The notes under the pieces are model-generated. The model saw only the letters and a program-made list of their open reading frames with translations, did no database searches and was not told where the DNA came from. Shown here in pieces: positions 1 to 9,370 of a DNA stretch of 64,000 nucleotides. Position numbers and translations under genes: made by a program. Source of the DNA: an uncultured bacterium (GTDB lineage Bacteria > Krumholzibacteriota > Krumholzibacteriia > G020349025); NCBI GenBank assembly GCA_964567755.1, contig CAZMNW010000047.1:80229-144228 (forward strand), written 5' to 3'. Position 1 is the stretch's first letter. Each line of letters opens with the position of its first letter.

Positions 1-1
1 T

Positions 2-1270
2 CTCGAACGCCATGGCTGGGTGTCGATCGACTTGGTCGTGGTCAACTTCTACGCCTTCGCGAAGGCAGGCACGGACGCAATCCCGATCGAGGCCATCGAC
101 ATCGGGGGACCGACGCTGGTCCGCGCTGCCGCGAAGAACTCGGCCAGCGTCGTCGTGTTGTCGGCGCCCGAAGACTATGGCGACTTTCGCGCCGCGCTCG
201 AGCAGGCGCGATTGGACCTCGACTTCCGCCGCGCCCTGGCGGCGCGCGCTTTCGCACGTGTCGCCGACTACGACCGCACCATCGCCGAATGCTTCGCGGC
301 GCGGGAGAATGCGCCAGCGGCGCCGGCGCTGCTCGGCCGTCGCTACACGATCGGCCCCGATCTGCGCTACGGCGAGAACCCCCATCAGACGGCGCAGGTG
401 TGGTTCGAACAACCACTGTGGGGACTCGGCACATTGCGCCAGCACTCGGGGGATGCGCTGTCGTTCAACAATTTCGTCGATGTCGATGCCGCGCTCGACC
501 TGGTCTTCGATCTCGGCGAACGTCCGGCCTCTGCGGTGATCAAGCACAACAACCCCTGCGGCGCCGCACAGGCAGCGACGGCCGCAGAGGCTTTTGCCGC
601 CGCTCTGGCTTCGGATCCGGTGTCCGCCTACGGCGGTGTGGTGGCCTTCGGCACCAGCGTCGACGCGCAAGCGGCCGAAGCCGTGGCAGCGCATTTTTTC
701 GAGGCGATCGCCGCACCCGCCTATAACCCCGTGGCGCTCACGATGCTCCGCGCCAAGAAGCGCCTGCGCGTGTTGGAGGTTCCGCGCCAGAGATGGAACG
801 AGGATGGGCAAACGACGCGCGCCCTGCATGGCGCCTTGTTGGTCCAGGATCGCGACCACGCTCTCGAGGACCTGTCGCAGCTCGAGGTCGTGACACGGGC
901 GCAGCCGAGCGCGAGTGAGCGCGAAGACGCAGCCTTCCTCCTGGGTGTCGCCAAACACGTGCGTTCCAACGCCATCGTCGTTGGGCGCGGGCGGCGCACG
1001 CTCGGCATCGGTGCCGGTCAGATGAGCCGCGTCGATAGTTGCGAGATCGCCGTGCGCAAAGCCCGCGCGGCCGGTCACGACTTGCGCGACAGCGTCGCGG
1101 CCTCGGATGCCTTCTTCCCATTCCCCGATGGCGTCGAGCGCCTGGGCGAAGCGGGAATCAAGGTGATCGTGCAACCGGGCGGTTCGAAACGCGATGCCGA
1201 CGTCATCGCCATGGCCGACCGGCTCGGACTGTGCATGCTGCTTTCTCATCGGCGGCATTTTCGGCACTGA
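2..1270 (+). CDS. purH: Bifunctional AICAR transformylase / IMP cyclohydrolase PurH, 5'-truncated by the window edge
   Basis: Translation contains 'IDLVVVNFYAF', 'GGPTLVRAAAKN' and the AICARFT C-terminal region ending '...HRRHFRH'. The reading frame is open from base 2, so the N-terminal ~100 aa lie upstream of the window. Confidence 0.85.
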   Translation, partial: LERHGWVSIDLVVVNFYAFAKAGTDAIPIEAIDIGGPTLVRAAAKNSASVVVLSAPEDYGDFRAALEQARLDLDFRRALAARAFARVADYDRTIAECFAARENAPAAPALLGRRYTIGPDLRYGENPHQTAQVWFEQPLWGLGTLRQHSGDALSFNNFVDVDAALDLVFDLGERPASAVIKHNNPCGAAQAATAAEAFAAALASDPVSAYGGVVAFGTSVDAQAAEAVAAHFFEAIAAPAYNPVALTMLRAKKRLRVLEVPRQRWNEDGQTTRALHGALLVQDRDHALEDLSQLEVVTRAQPSASEREDAAFLLGVAKHVRSNAIVVGRGRRTLGIGAGQMSRVDSCEIAVRKARAAGHDLRDSVAASDAFFPFPDGVERLGEAGIKVIVQPGGSKRDADVIAMADRLGLCMLLSHRRHFRH

Positions 1271-1351
1271 GAGCCAGTTGACTTCCCCCGGGGTGGCACC
1301 CCTTCTTTCATAGGCGGGGGAGAGCCCTGAACGGCCCCTCCCCGGGAGGCC

Positions 1352-3895
1352 ATGCGTCCACTTCTCTTGTCGCTTTGCGCCGTCGCGGCCTTCGCAGGCC
1401 TCCTCCCGGTTGCCGCAGCCCCGTTGCACCCACGGCAGGCTATGAAAGCGTCGCTTCGGGACGGTTTTGCGGCCGATCTGCGCCAGGCCCAGGCCGCGGG
1501 TCTCGACGGGCCCGCCCCGCACCGAGGGCGACTGCCCACATCCATTCCGATCCTCCTCGTCGAGTGGAGCGCGGGTCCCCGGGTCCCCGGCCTCCCCGCG
1601 AGTGCGATCGACAGCCTGTTCTTTGGCGCCGATTCGAGCTTGCAGCGGTACTACACCCGCGCTTCGTTCGGTCGCTACCGGCCGCGGGGCGAAACCAGCG
1701 CGTGGTTGCAGATGCCGCGGCCGTTCGACTTCTATGCCGACGGCAGGCGCGGCATCGGCGGTGACTACCCACGCAATGCGCGCGCGCTGGTCGAAGATGC
1801 CGTGCGCGCTGCCGACTCGCAGATCGATTTCTCGCGCTTCGACAACGACGGACTGGATGGGATCCCGGCGAGCGGCGACGACGATGGCATCGTCGACGGC
1901 CTCGTCGTCGTGCACGCGGGCGGCGCGGCTGAAACCAGTGGCGACGCCGGCGATCTGCTGTCGCACTGGTGGTACACCGAGCAGAGCGTCGAGACCGGCG
2001 ATGGCGTGTCGGTGTGGAGCTACGCCTTGGTGGCCGCGACCTCGCCGCTCGGGGTGCGCACGCACGAGTTCGGTCACCTCTTGGGCTTGCCCGATCTCTA
2101 CGATCGCAACGCGCAATCGCGCCAAGGCCCCGGCGGTCTCGGGGATTGGAGCTTGATGGGCTCGGGATCCTGGCTCGGCGACGGCGACGAACCCGCCGAT
2201 CTCGACGCCCCGAGCAAGATCGAGCTCGATTTCGTCCGTGCCATCGTGCCGCGCCAAAACGCCACCGGGCTCGAGCTCGTCGCCGCGAGCGACGGCGCCC
2301 CGCCGACGATCTATCGTCTGTGGTCGCACGGTCTGCTGGAATCGCAGTACTTCGTCCTCGAGAACCGGCGTCCGACCGGCCTCGACGCGCGGCTTCCGGG
2401 TGGGGGAATGCTCGTGTATCACGTCGATCTCGCGCGGGCGACGAACGATGCGGTGCTCGGATCACGCGTGCGCCTGCTGCAAGCGGACGGCAGGGACGAC
2501 CTCGGCAATTGGAGCAATGCGGGCGATGCGGGCGACGCGTGGCCCGGGAGCGGCAACCAATGTTGCCGGCTCGACGCGACCACGCAACCGAACACGCGGG
2601 CAATCGACGGGAGCGACACGCAGATCGTGATCGCCAATATTTCGGCACCTGTGGGCACGATGCGCTTCGACTTGCAGATCGAGAACCGCGCCCTGCTGCG
2701 CCTGGCGGCGCAGACCGTGCGCGAGGCGAGCGGCGACGGCGACGGGATTCCAGAAGCCGGCGAGATCGTGGAGCTCGCTGTCGAGATCGAGAACCTCGGG
2801 CTCGACGCGACCGACGTCGAGCTGGTGTGGACTGCCGAGCCAGCGGATGCGGCCGTGTGGGAAACAGCGCACGCGACATTCCCCACCCTCGCCAAGGACA
2901 CGCGTGCGGCGGCCGTCTTCCGGCTGCAGCCGGCAGCGCTCCTCGGCGATCCGGCGGCAGTGGTCTTGCGCGGCACGGCGCGGGACGCGAGCGGGGCGGA
3001 GCATGCGCTCGTCTGCCACATCGGTCTCGGGTCCGAGCGCGGTTTTCTCGCTTGTCTCGAGCCGGAGACATCGGCGATGACGCGCGATTGCGACGATCCC
3101 GATTCTCCCTGGCAGGTGGAGCTCCTGGCCGGGAATGCGACTTGGGAGTTGCAAGACAGCCCCGGCGATTTGGGGCAGGTGTATCGCAACGCGCGCGCCT
3201 CGCGTTATCCGAACGCCGCCGATGTCGCGCTGGTGTCGCCGCCGTTCAATCTCCAGTCGGGGAGCGAGCTGCATCTCCTGCACGCGTATGCAACCGAGGA
3301 TCTCGACGCCGGCTGGGCGCACGACGGCGGCCGCGTGGAGATCTCGCTCACGGGCGGCGGTTGGGAAACGCTCGAACCGCGTTCCGGCTATCCACGCCGG
3401 TTGTTCCCGGAGAGCGTGCCGCAGCTGGCGCGCGCCGGCGTCTTCGGCGGCAGCGCGCCGCGTCGCTGGGATTCGTTCACTCTCGGATCGCGAAGCGGCA
3501 GCGCGCGCCTGCGCTTCCGCTTCGCCAGCAACGATTCGCTCGCCGGCGCGGGCTGGGAGATCGCGCGCGTCGAAGTGCGCTTGCCCGTACCGGAGCCGCT
3601 CGGCACCGAGATCCAGCTCGTGGCCGAACCAAACCCGGTGCGTTTCCCGACACGCCTGGCCTTTCGCGTGCAATCCTCCCGCACCGAGGCCGCACGCACG
3701 ACCCGCTTGCAAATCTTCGATCTGCGTGGTCGTTTGGTCCGCGCGCTCGAACATGCGGCGGTGCCGGCACAGAGCGCTCGCTTCACCTGGGATGGTACGG
3801 ATCGTGCGGGCCGCGCGGTCGCGTCCGGGGTATACTGGGCACGCCTGGAGTGGGGCGAGCGGACGACGACGACGAAGTTCCTGGTGCTGCGTTGA
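1352..3895 (+). CDS. Secreted M6-family (immune-inhibitor-A-like) zinc metalloprotease with T9SS-type C-terminal sorting domain
   Basis: Signal peptide 'MRPLLLSLCAVAAFAGLLPVAAAP'. Zinc motif 'HEFGHLLGLPDLYD' (HExxHxxGxxD) typical of M6/InhA peptidases. C-terminus '...GVYWARLEWGERTTTTKFLVLR' resembles the T9SS type-A CTD. A GGGAGG ribosome-binding site precedes the ATG. Confidence 0.7.
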   Translation: MRPLLLSLCAVAAFAGLLPVAAAPLHPRQAMKASLRDGFAADLRQAQAAGLDGPAPHRGRLPTSIPILLVEWSAGPRVPGLPASAIDSLFFGADSSLQRYYTRASFGRYRPRGETSAWLQMPRPFDFYADGRRGIGGDYPRNARALVEDAVRAADSQIDFSRFDNDGLDGIPASGDDDGIVDGLVVVHAGGAAETSGDAGDLLSHWWYTEQSVETGDGVSVWSYALVAATSPLGVRTHEFGHLLGLPDLYDRNAQSRQGPGGLGDWSLMGSGSWLGDGDEPADLDAPSKIELDFVRAIVPRQNATGLELVAASDGAPPTIYRLWSHGLLESQYFVLENRRPTGLDARLPGGGMLVYHVDLARATNDAVLGSRVRLLQADGRDDLGNWSNAGDAGDAWPGSGNQCCRLDATTQPNTRAIDGSDTQIVIANISAPVGTMRFDLQIENRALLRLAAQTVREASGDGDGIPEAGEIVELAVEIENLGLDATDVELVWTAEPADAAVWETAHATFPTLAKDTRAAAVFRLQPAALLGDPAAVVLRGTARDASGAEHALVCHIGLGSERGFLACLEPETSAMTRDCDDPDSPWQVELLAGNATWELQDSPGDLGQVYRNARASRYPNAADVALVSPPFNLQSGSELHLLHAYATEDLDAGWAHDGGRVEISLTGGGWETLEPRSGYPRRLFPESVPQLARAGVFGGSAPRRWDSFTLGSRSGSARLRFRFASNDSLAGAGWEIARVEVRLPVPEPLGTEIQLVAEPNPVRFPTRLAFRVQSSRTEAARTTRLQIFDLRGRLVRALEHAAVPAQSARFTWDGTDRAGRAVASGVYWARLEWGERTTTTKFLVLR

Positions 3896-3936
3896 AGGCG
3901 CATTGCGCCCGCAAGCGAACGAATGGAGTGTCTCGA

Positions 3937-6281
3937 TGCCTGGCCGACGCAGTCGTGTCTTGGTGAGCGCATGCAGTCTGATGCTGCTCGACAGCGGCAG
4001 CGCGCTCACGGCCGACCCGCAGGCGCCGCCAATCGATTGGGTGAGTGTTCTCGAGTCGCAGGGTGAACTCGATCTCGCATGGGAGCATCTGCGCGCCGCG
4101 TCCGCGGACACTCTCGGTCCCTCCTCGACATCCGCGGGTTCATTGCAGCGCAGCGTGCGTTTGCTGATGCGCCGGCGTCAGTACGCCGCCGCATGGGACA
4201 CGTTGCAGCATCAAAGTCAGGCGCTCGATCCCGCGGTGCGAACCTTGCTCCATGCGGTGGTGGCACTTCGTCTCGATCAACCCTCGGCAGCGCTCGCGCA
4301 CCTCGATGCCGGCGCCGCTCCCGCCGCGCTCGCCGGCTTCGCCGACGCCGAGCGCGCCGAAGCCCTGCGACGGCTCGGTCGCTGGGACGAAGCGCGCGCC
4401 GCGGCGACTGCCGCGGCGGCGACGCCGCTGCCAACGGAAATCCAACGGCGCTTGCGCGTCATCGAAGGTCAAGCCAGTCTCGCGCTCGGCGACATGGCGC
4501 GCTTGCGCGGCTTGGCGCCGCGGATGGGGGAAGATTCACGGCTCGACGATCGCACCGGCATGCTTCTCCTGCAGCTGGCGCAGAGCGCCTGGCGGGGCGG
4601 CGAGGCAGCGCAAGCGCAGAAGTGGCTTCTCGAACTGCTCGCGGCCAGGCCGGCACCGGCCGAATCCGCCTTCGTCACACTGCAGGCGGCGATCGCGCGT
4701 GGAGAGTGGATTCCGAACCCGGCCGAGATCCTGGTTCTGGCGCGCTACGAAGACCGCACCCAGCGCCCCGAAGCCGCGCGCCGACGCTTGCAGGCACGCG
4801 TGGATCTCGACGCACTGAATCGCGAAGACGAGGCGGAGATGTGGGTGACCATGGCGGAAAGTTTCCGCCGACAGGGCCGCGCCGCCGACTGCCTGGCGCT
4901 GCTCGAAGCACACGAATCCCGCATCCGCAGCACCCAGTCGGAGCCCGAGTACCTGCGTGTGCGCGGCCGCGCCGTCCGCTCCCTCGGCGACGAGGCAGGC
5001 ATCATCGCCAACTACGGCGAGCTGGCGCGGCGCTTTCCGGCCGACCCGAACGCCGACGACGCATTGTACGAAGTGGGCTGGCGCTACGAAATCATCGGGG
5101 ATTTCGAGCGCGCCGCCACCACGTTCGCCGCGCTACAACAGGATTTCCCGCAGAGCCCGCTCACGGACGACGCCGCCTTTCGTGCCGCGCTGTGCGCCTT
5201 GCGCGCCGGCGACTTCGCCGTGGCGTTGCAGCGCTTCGCGGCGCTCGAGTCGCAACATCCGAGCTCGGTGCTCATCCCGCGCTCGCTGTACTGGCGCGCT
5301 TGGATCGCGGAGCGTCGCGGCGCCGTCGAGGACGCCCGCGCGCTGCGGCTGCGTCTCCAGCGCGACCATCGCGATTCGTATTACGCCGTGCTGGCGGCGA
5401 ACGCCATGAGCCCCGTGGCGCCGCACGCCGATTCGGTCGCGACGTCGTTGCACACCGCCGCCGGCGAAAGGCCGCGCGCTGCCGCGGGGCTCACCATCGC
5501 CGCCAAGAATCACCGGCGCTACACCGGAGCCATCGAAACGCTGCGCCAACAAGGCTGCCCGGCGCCGCCGGCCGATTTCAGCGCCGCGACGTCGTTCTGG
5601 CGCTTCTGCCTCGACTATGGTCTGGCGGCGGAAGGGCAGTGGGAAACGCGACGGCTGGAGCAGCGCTATGCGGTCGATGCCGGGGCCCTGCTCGAGTTGC
5701 TGGCCACGAGTTACGCCAGGGGTGCGCACGAACGCTTGGTGCGCCTCTCGTTCATGCTCAGCCTGCTGCTCCCCGATGCGAAATTCGCCGACGCCATCGA
5801 GGTGCTGCGCCATCCAGCACCGCTCTCGGTCATGATCGACGCCGCGAGCGCGCGTCATGGACTGTCGCACGCGGTCGTCCTCGGTTTGATCCGGCAGGAA
5901 AGTGCATTCGACGCCCGTGCCGATTCACGCGTCGGTGCGCGCGGGCTCATGCAACTCATGCCGGCGGTCGGCAAGCGATTGGCCGCGCGGCAGGGGACTC
6001 CCGTCGCCGGACTCGATGATCTGTACGATCAGGCCATCAACGTCGAGCTCGGCTGTTTGCTTTTCGCCGAGGAGCTGCAGCGCGCACAGGATTGGCTGCC
6101 GCAAGCACTCGCCGCCTACAATGCCGGCAGCGAACCGGCAGAGAAATGGCGGCGCCGACTGCGCGCGGAAGAGCCTCCCGAGCTGTATCTCGATGTGGCG
6201 GAATACGTGGAAACCCGCAACTACTTGGATCGTGTCCTCGGCGGCGCCGCGATCTACCGCCGTGTCTATGGCCTGCAATGA
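3937..6281 (+). CDS. Soluble lytic murein transglycosylase (Slt70-like: TPR/superhelical N-domain plus C-terminal SLT domain)
   Basis: C-terminal 'ESAFDARADSRVGARGLMQLMPAVGKRLA...AYNAGSEPAEKWRRR' matches the SLT catalytic domain (E-S ... GLMQ ... AYNAG). Start chosen at the ATG giving signal peptide 'MPGRRSRVLVSACSLMLLDSGSALTA', which has a GGAG ribosome-binding site. The six-frame ORF begins earlier at 3135, inside the previous gene. Confidence 0.75.
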
Positions 6282-7638
6282 ACGTTGCCGGCGGCGCTCG
6301 GTCGCGCTGTTGGCGGCGTTGCTGCTGCCGATCTCGACTGCGGCGGCCGAACCGCCGGCGACAACGCTCGTTTATCCACCCTGGGGACATTGCTACGGAA
6401 TGCACCGCGTGACCCAGGTGCATCTCACCGTGCGCGCCGGCTTTGGCGCCAAGTTCGACGACCCCCAGGGCCTGGCCGCGGTGAAGATGAACTCCGAGGA
6501 CGACACCACGACGACGAAAGACGATGACGAGCTCACCGTCTTCGGAGTCAATGCGGGCCAGAATCAGATCATCTACAACACCTCGCTCAGCGCCATCGCT
6601 TTCTACGGCAGCGCCGGCGATGGCATCGCCGAGTTCCGCTCGCCGACGGGGATCACGGCCGATCGCAACGGCCACGTCGTCGTCGCCGACACCGGCAACG
6701 ATCGGTTGCATGTGCTGCAATACCACGACGATCGGTTGCACCACGTTCGCTTCCTGCGGGTGAGCCACGACGGCAAGCGGCTCCTGCGGCCGACCGGTGT
6801 CGCCCTCGAGGCCGGCGAACTCTACGTTTGCGATCCAAATCATGCGCGCATCCTGGTCCTCGATCTGCAGGGCGCGGTGCGGCGGGTGCTCGCGCCGGCG
6901 AAGGATGGGGAGCCGCTGTTGCAGCAAGCGAGCGCCGTGGCGGCGATCCGGGCCCGCGCCGATTTCAATTTTTTCGGCGAGGATTTCATCACCGTGGTGG
7001 ACTCCGGCCACGCGCGCCTGGTGCAGCTCGCGCACGATGGGCGTGTTCTCGCCGTCCGCCGGGTTCGCGAACTCGGACCGCAAGCGCGCGAGTTCGCCTA
7101 CGTCGCGATCGACTATCATGCGAACGTCTATTGCAGTGATGGTTCCGGACGGCTGCACAAGTTCGACCGCAATCTGCGCACGTTACTTTCGATCGGGAGA
7201 CCCGGGAAGGACGAGTTCATGTTCGACGAACCCCGCGGCATCGGACTGTACCGGCGCTTCGGTCAGCTCTTCGTGGCCGAACGCGCTGGCGCGCAGTATC
7301 TGTGGACCGGCGCCGACGTCTTCACGCCGTCGCTGGTCGACCTCGTGCAGGGCAATGACGGCGCCTGGAATGGCGTCGTGCGCTACTTCTTGACCGAGTA
7401 CGCCCGCGTCCAGTTGGAGCTGGTGGACGCCCAAGACCGCACGGTCGTGGTGGTGCAGAAATCGCGCTGGCAGGCTGCCGGACCGGTGACGACGCCGGTG
7501 TCGTTCCGGCTGCCACCCGCACCGGGGGCGCTCCGCCTGCGCGTCGACGCGGTCCCGACCTACTCGTCGCGGACCTATCTGCGCGTGCGGAAACACGGCC
7601 CGCCGCTCGTCTTGCGTGCGGCTGCGAGCGCGCCGTGA
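6268..7638 (+). CDS. Secreted NHL-repeat (six-bladed beta-propeller) protein
   Basis: Signal peptide 'MACNERCRRRSVALLAALLLPISTAAA'. Repeated NHL-like blades ('FRSPTGITADRNGHVVVADTGNDRLHVLQ', 'LRPTGVALEAGELYVCDPNHARILVLD', 'FDEPRGIGLYRRFGQLFVAERAGAQYLW'). Overlaps the slt stop by 14 nt. Confidence 0.6.
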   Translation: MACNERCRRRSVALLAALLLPISTAAAEPPATTLVYPPWGHCYGMHRVTQVHLTVRAGFGAKFDDPQGLAAVKMNSEDDTTTTKDDDELTVFGVNAGQNQIIYNTSLSAIAFYGSAGDGIAEFRSPTGITADRNGHVVVADTGNDRLHVLQYHDDRLHHVRFLRVSHDGKRLLRPTGVALEAGELYVCDPNHARILVLDLQGAVRRVLAPAKDGEPLLQQASAVAAIRARADFNFFGEDFITVVDSGHARLVQLAHDGRVLAVRRVRELGPQAREFAYVAIDYHANVYCSDGSGRLHKFDRNLRTLLSIGRPGKDEFMFDEPRGIGLYRRFGQLFVAERAGAQYLWTGADVFTPSLVDLVQGNDGAWNGVVRYFLTEYARVQLELVDAQDRTVVVVQKSRWQAAGPVTTPVSFRLPPAPGALRLRVDAVPTYSSRTYLRVRKHGPPLVLRAAASAP

Positions 7639-8213
7639 ACGACGACCGCCACCTGCATTTCGAGGCCTGGCGCAAGGCTTGGCATCTTTCGACCCTGGCT
7701 CTTCCCATCTGGATCGTGTGGGCCGACGAGCCGTGGCGCATGCGTGGCCTCGTCTTTGCATTCCTGTTCTTCTTGACGGTGGATGTGCTGCGCCTGCGCT
7801 GGCCGCCGATGCGGCAATGGTTGCACCGCAGGATCCACGGCTCGTTGCGCACCACGGAACGGGCGCGATTGACGAGTGCGCACTACTTGACGTTCTCCGC
7901 CTGCGTTCTCGCCTGGACAATGCCGGAGCGCGTGGCGGCGACGGCGTTGGTGGTGCAGGTCGTGGGCGACGCAGCCGCGGCTCTCGTCGGTCGGCGGTAT
8001 GGTCGCACGCGCATCGGGCACAAGAGTCTCGAGGGCAGTGCCGCCTTCTTCGCGACGGGAATGGCGGCCGGCTGGTTGTGTCTCGGGGCCGAGCCGCTCG
8101 CGGTGGCCGCCGCCGCGCTCGTGGCAACCGTCGTCGAGGCACTGCCGCTGCCGGTGGACGACAACTTGAGCGTGCCCTTCGTCGCGGCGCTGGTGTTGCA
8201 GGCGTGCATGTGA
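7635..8213 (+). CDS. Integral membrane protein of the CTP-dependent polyprenol/diacylglycerol kinase family (dolichol kinase / CdsA-like)
   Basis: Several transmembrane segments and the motif 'GRRYGRTRIGHKSLEGSAAFF' (K-S/T-x-EG), characteristic of the phosphatidate cytidylyltransferase / dolichol kinase family. GTG start overlaps the NHL gene stop (GTGA). Confidence 0.45.
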   Translation: MNDDRHLHFEAWRKAWHLSTLALPIWIVWADEPWRMRGLVFAFLFFLTVDVLRLRWPPMRQWLHRRIHGSLRTTERARLTSAHYLTFSACVLAWTMPERVAATALVVQVVGDAAAALVGRRYGRTRIGHKSLEGSAAFFATGMAAGWLCLGAEPLAVAAAALVATVVEALPLPVDDNLSVPFVAALVLQACM

Positions 8214-8226
8214 TGAGTGGAGCCCC

Positions 8227-9177
8227 ATGTTCCTGCGCGATCTGTTCCACTTCCTGCCGCGTAGCCCGCTTCGACGCGCCCTCGGGGCGATGAATCGCGG
8301 CGAGTTCCAAAGCGCCGCCGCACTGCTCGAAGGCATGCTGGACGCGGGCGGCGCCCCCGGCCATGATCTGCGTTCCTACGCTTGCGAAGCCTACATCCAG
8401 TGGGGGAAGCAGTGTCGCGATGCAGGCGACCTGCATACCGCGCTGCGCAGTTTCGAACGCGCGGCGGCACTGCGTCCGGTCTTCGCCGATGTCCACTTTC
8501 TGCTCGCCCAACTCTATGAACATGTCGATCGCCCGCAAGCAGCGCGCTTGGCCTATGAACGCGCCCTCGGTCTCAACCCACGTTATTTCGACGCCAGGCT
8601 CGGCCTGGCGCGACTGCTCGCGCACGACGGGGAAGCGGACCTGGCATTGCGCCAGCTGCAGGAGGCGGCGCAGCACGCGCCTGCGGAGGCAAGGCGCCAA
8701 TGGAGCGAACGGCTGGCGGGCGCGGCGAGCGCCGATCCGGCTCGCGTCCGCGAGCAGCTGGCAGCGCTGTGCGAGCCAATCCCCGCCGCGCCGACCACGG
8801 CGGTTGCCGCCGGCATCGAAGCCGCGCGGCGCGCGATGCGCACCGGCGAGAATCGGCGCGCCATCGTCGCGCTCAAAGCGCTGGTTGCGTCCGCGCCCGG
8901 GTATCCCGACCTGCACAACTTGCTCGGCATCGCCTACGACAACGAGGCCATGCTCGACGATGCGGTGGAGGAATTCGAACGCGCGGTGGCGCTCAACCCC
9001 GAATACGCCGAGGCTCGCCTCAACCTCGGAATGGCGCTGTTCCATCGCGGCCGTCCTGACGAAGCCACACGCCAGCTGCGTTGGATCGAGAGCAGACATC
9101 CCGGCCACGAGATCGCGCGCACGGTGCTGGAACAAATCGAAGCTCCCCAACATCAGGCTCTGAGCGCGCAGCCGTAA
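8227..9177 (+). CDS. TPR-repeat protein
   Basis: Tandem TPR-like helical repeats ('...AYDNEAMLDDAVEEFERAVALNPEYAEARLNLGMALFHRGRPDEATRQL...'). GAGTGGAG ribosome-binding site before the ATG. Confidence 0.7.
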   Translation: MFLRDLFHFLPRSPLRRALGAMNRGEFQSAAALLEGMLDAGGAPGHDLRSYACEAYIQWGKQCRDAGDLHTALRSFERAAALRPVFADVHFLLAQLYEHVDRPQAARLAYERALGLNPRYFDARLGLARLLAHDGEADLALRQLQEAAQHAPAEARRQWSERLAGAASADPARVREQLAALCEPIPAAPTTAVAAGIEAARRAMRTGENRRAIVALKALVASAPGYPDLHNLLGIAYDNEAMLDDAVEEFERAVALNPEYAEARLNLGMALFHRGRPDEATRQLRWIESRHPGHEIARTVLEQIEAPQHQALSAQP

Positions 9178-9370
9178 CCGCAGCGCTTTTCCCGCGCCGG
9201 CGTGACCCGATCGGCCCGATCCGGCGTGTCACCGACCTGCGCGCGGAATTCCGTGCGCCCGTCACTGGATCGGGTCACGCCGCCGGGCGCGCGGCAAGAA
9301 CACGCTGCTCGCCGAATGGAGCGCCTGACTCGCTCCAACCCGTTGCAGTCCTGCGCACAAAGCACTTGCG

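Noticed and set aside
3135-3936. N-terminal 267 aa of the six-frame ORF 3135..6281, as part of the lytic transglycosylase
   Set aside because: This portion lies inside the 3' end of the M6 protease gene in another frame and has junk composition. A proper signal peptide with a ribosome-binding site begins at 3937.
1440-4111. Long antisense ORFs (for example 1440..3071 -, 2462..4111 -) overlapping the M6 protease and SLT genes
   Set aside because: They are Arg/Ala/Pro/Ser-rich low-complexity translations, typical of GC-rich frame shadows, and they overlap genes with clear homology on the + strand. The same applies to 7183..9153 -, 14685..16973 -, 25257..27668 -, 31992..33605 -, 45444..47465 -, 50294..52978 - and 54909..57005 -.
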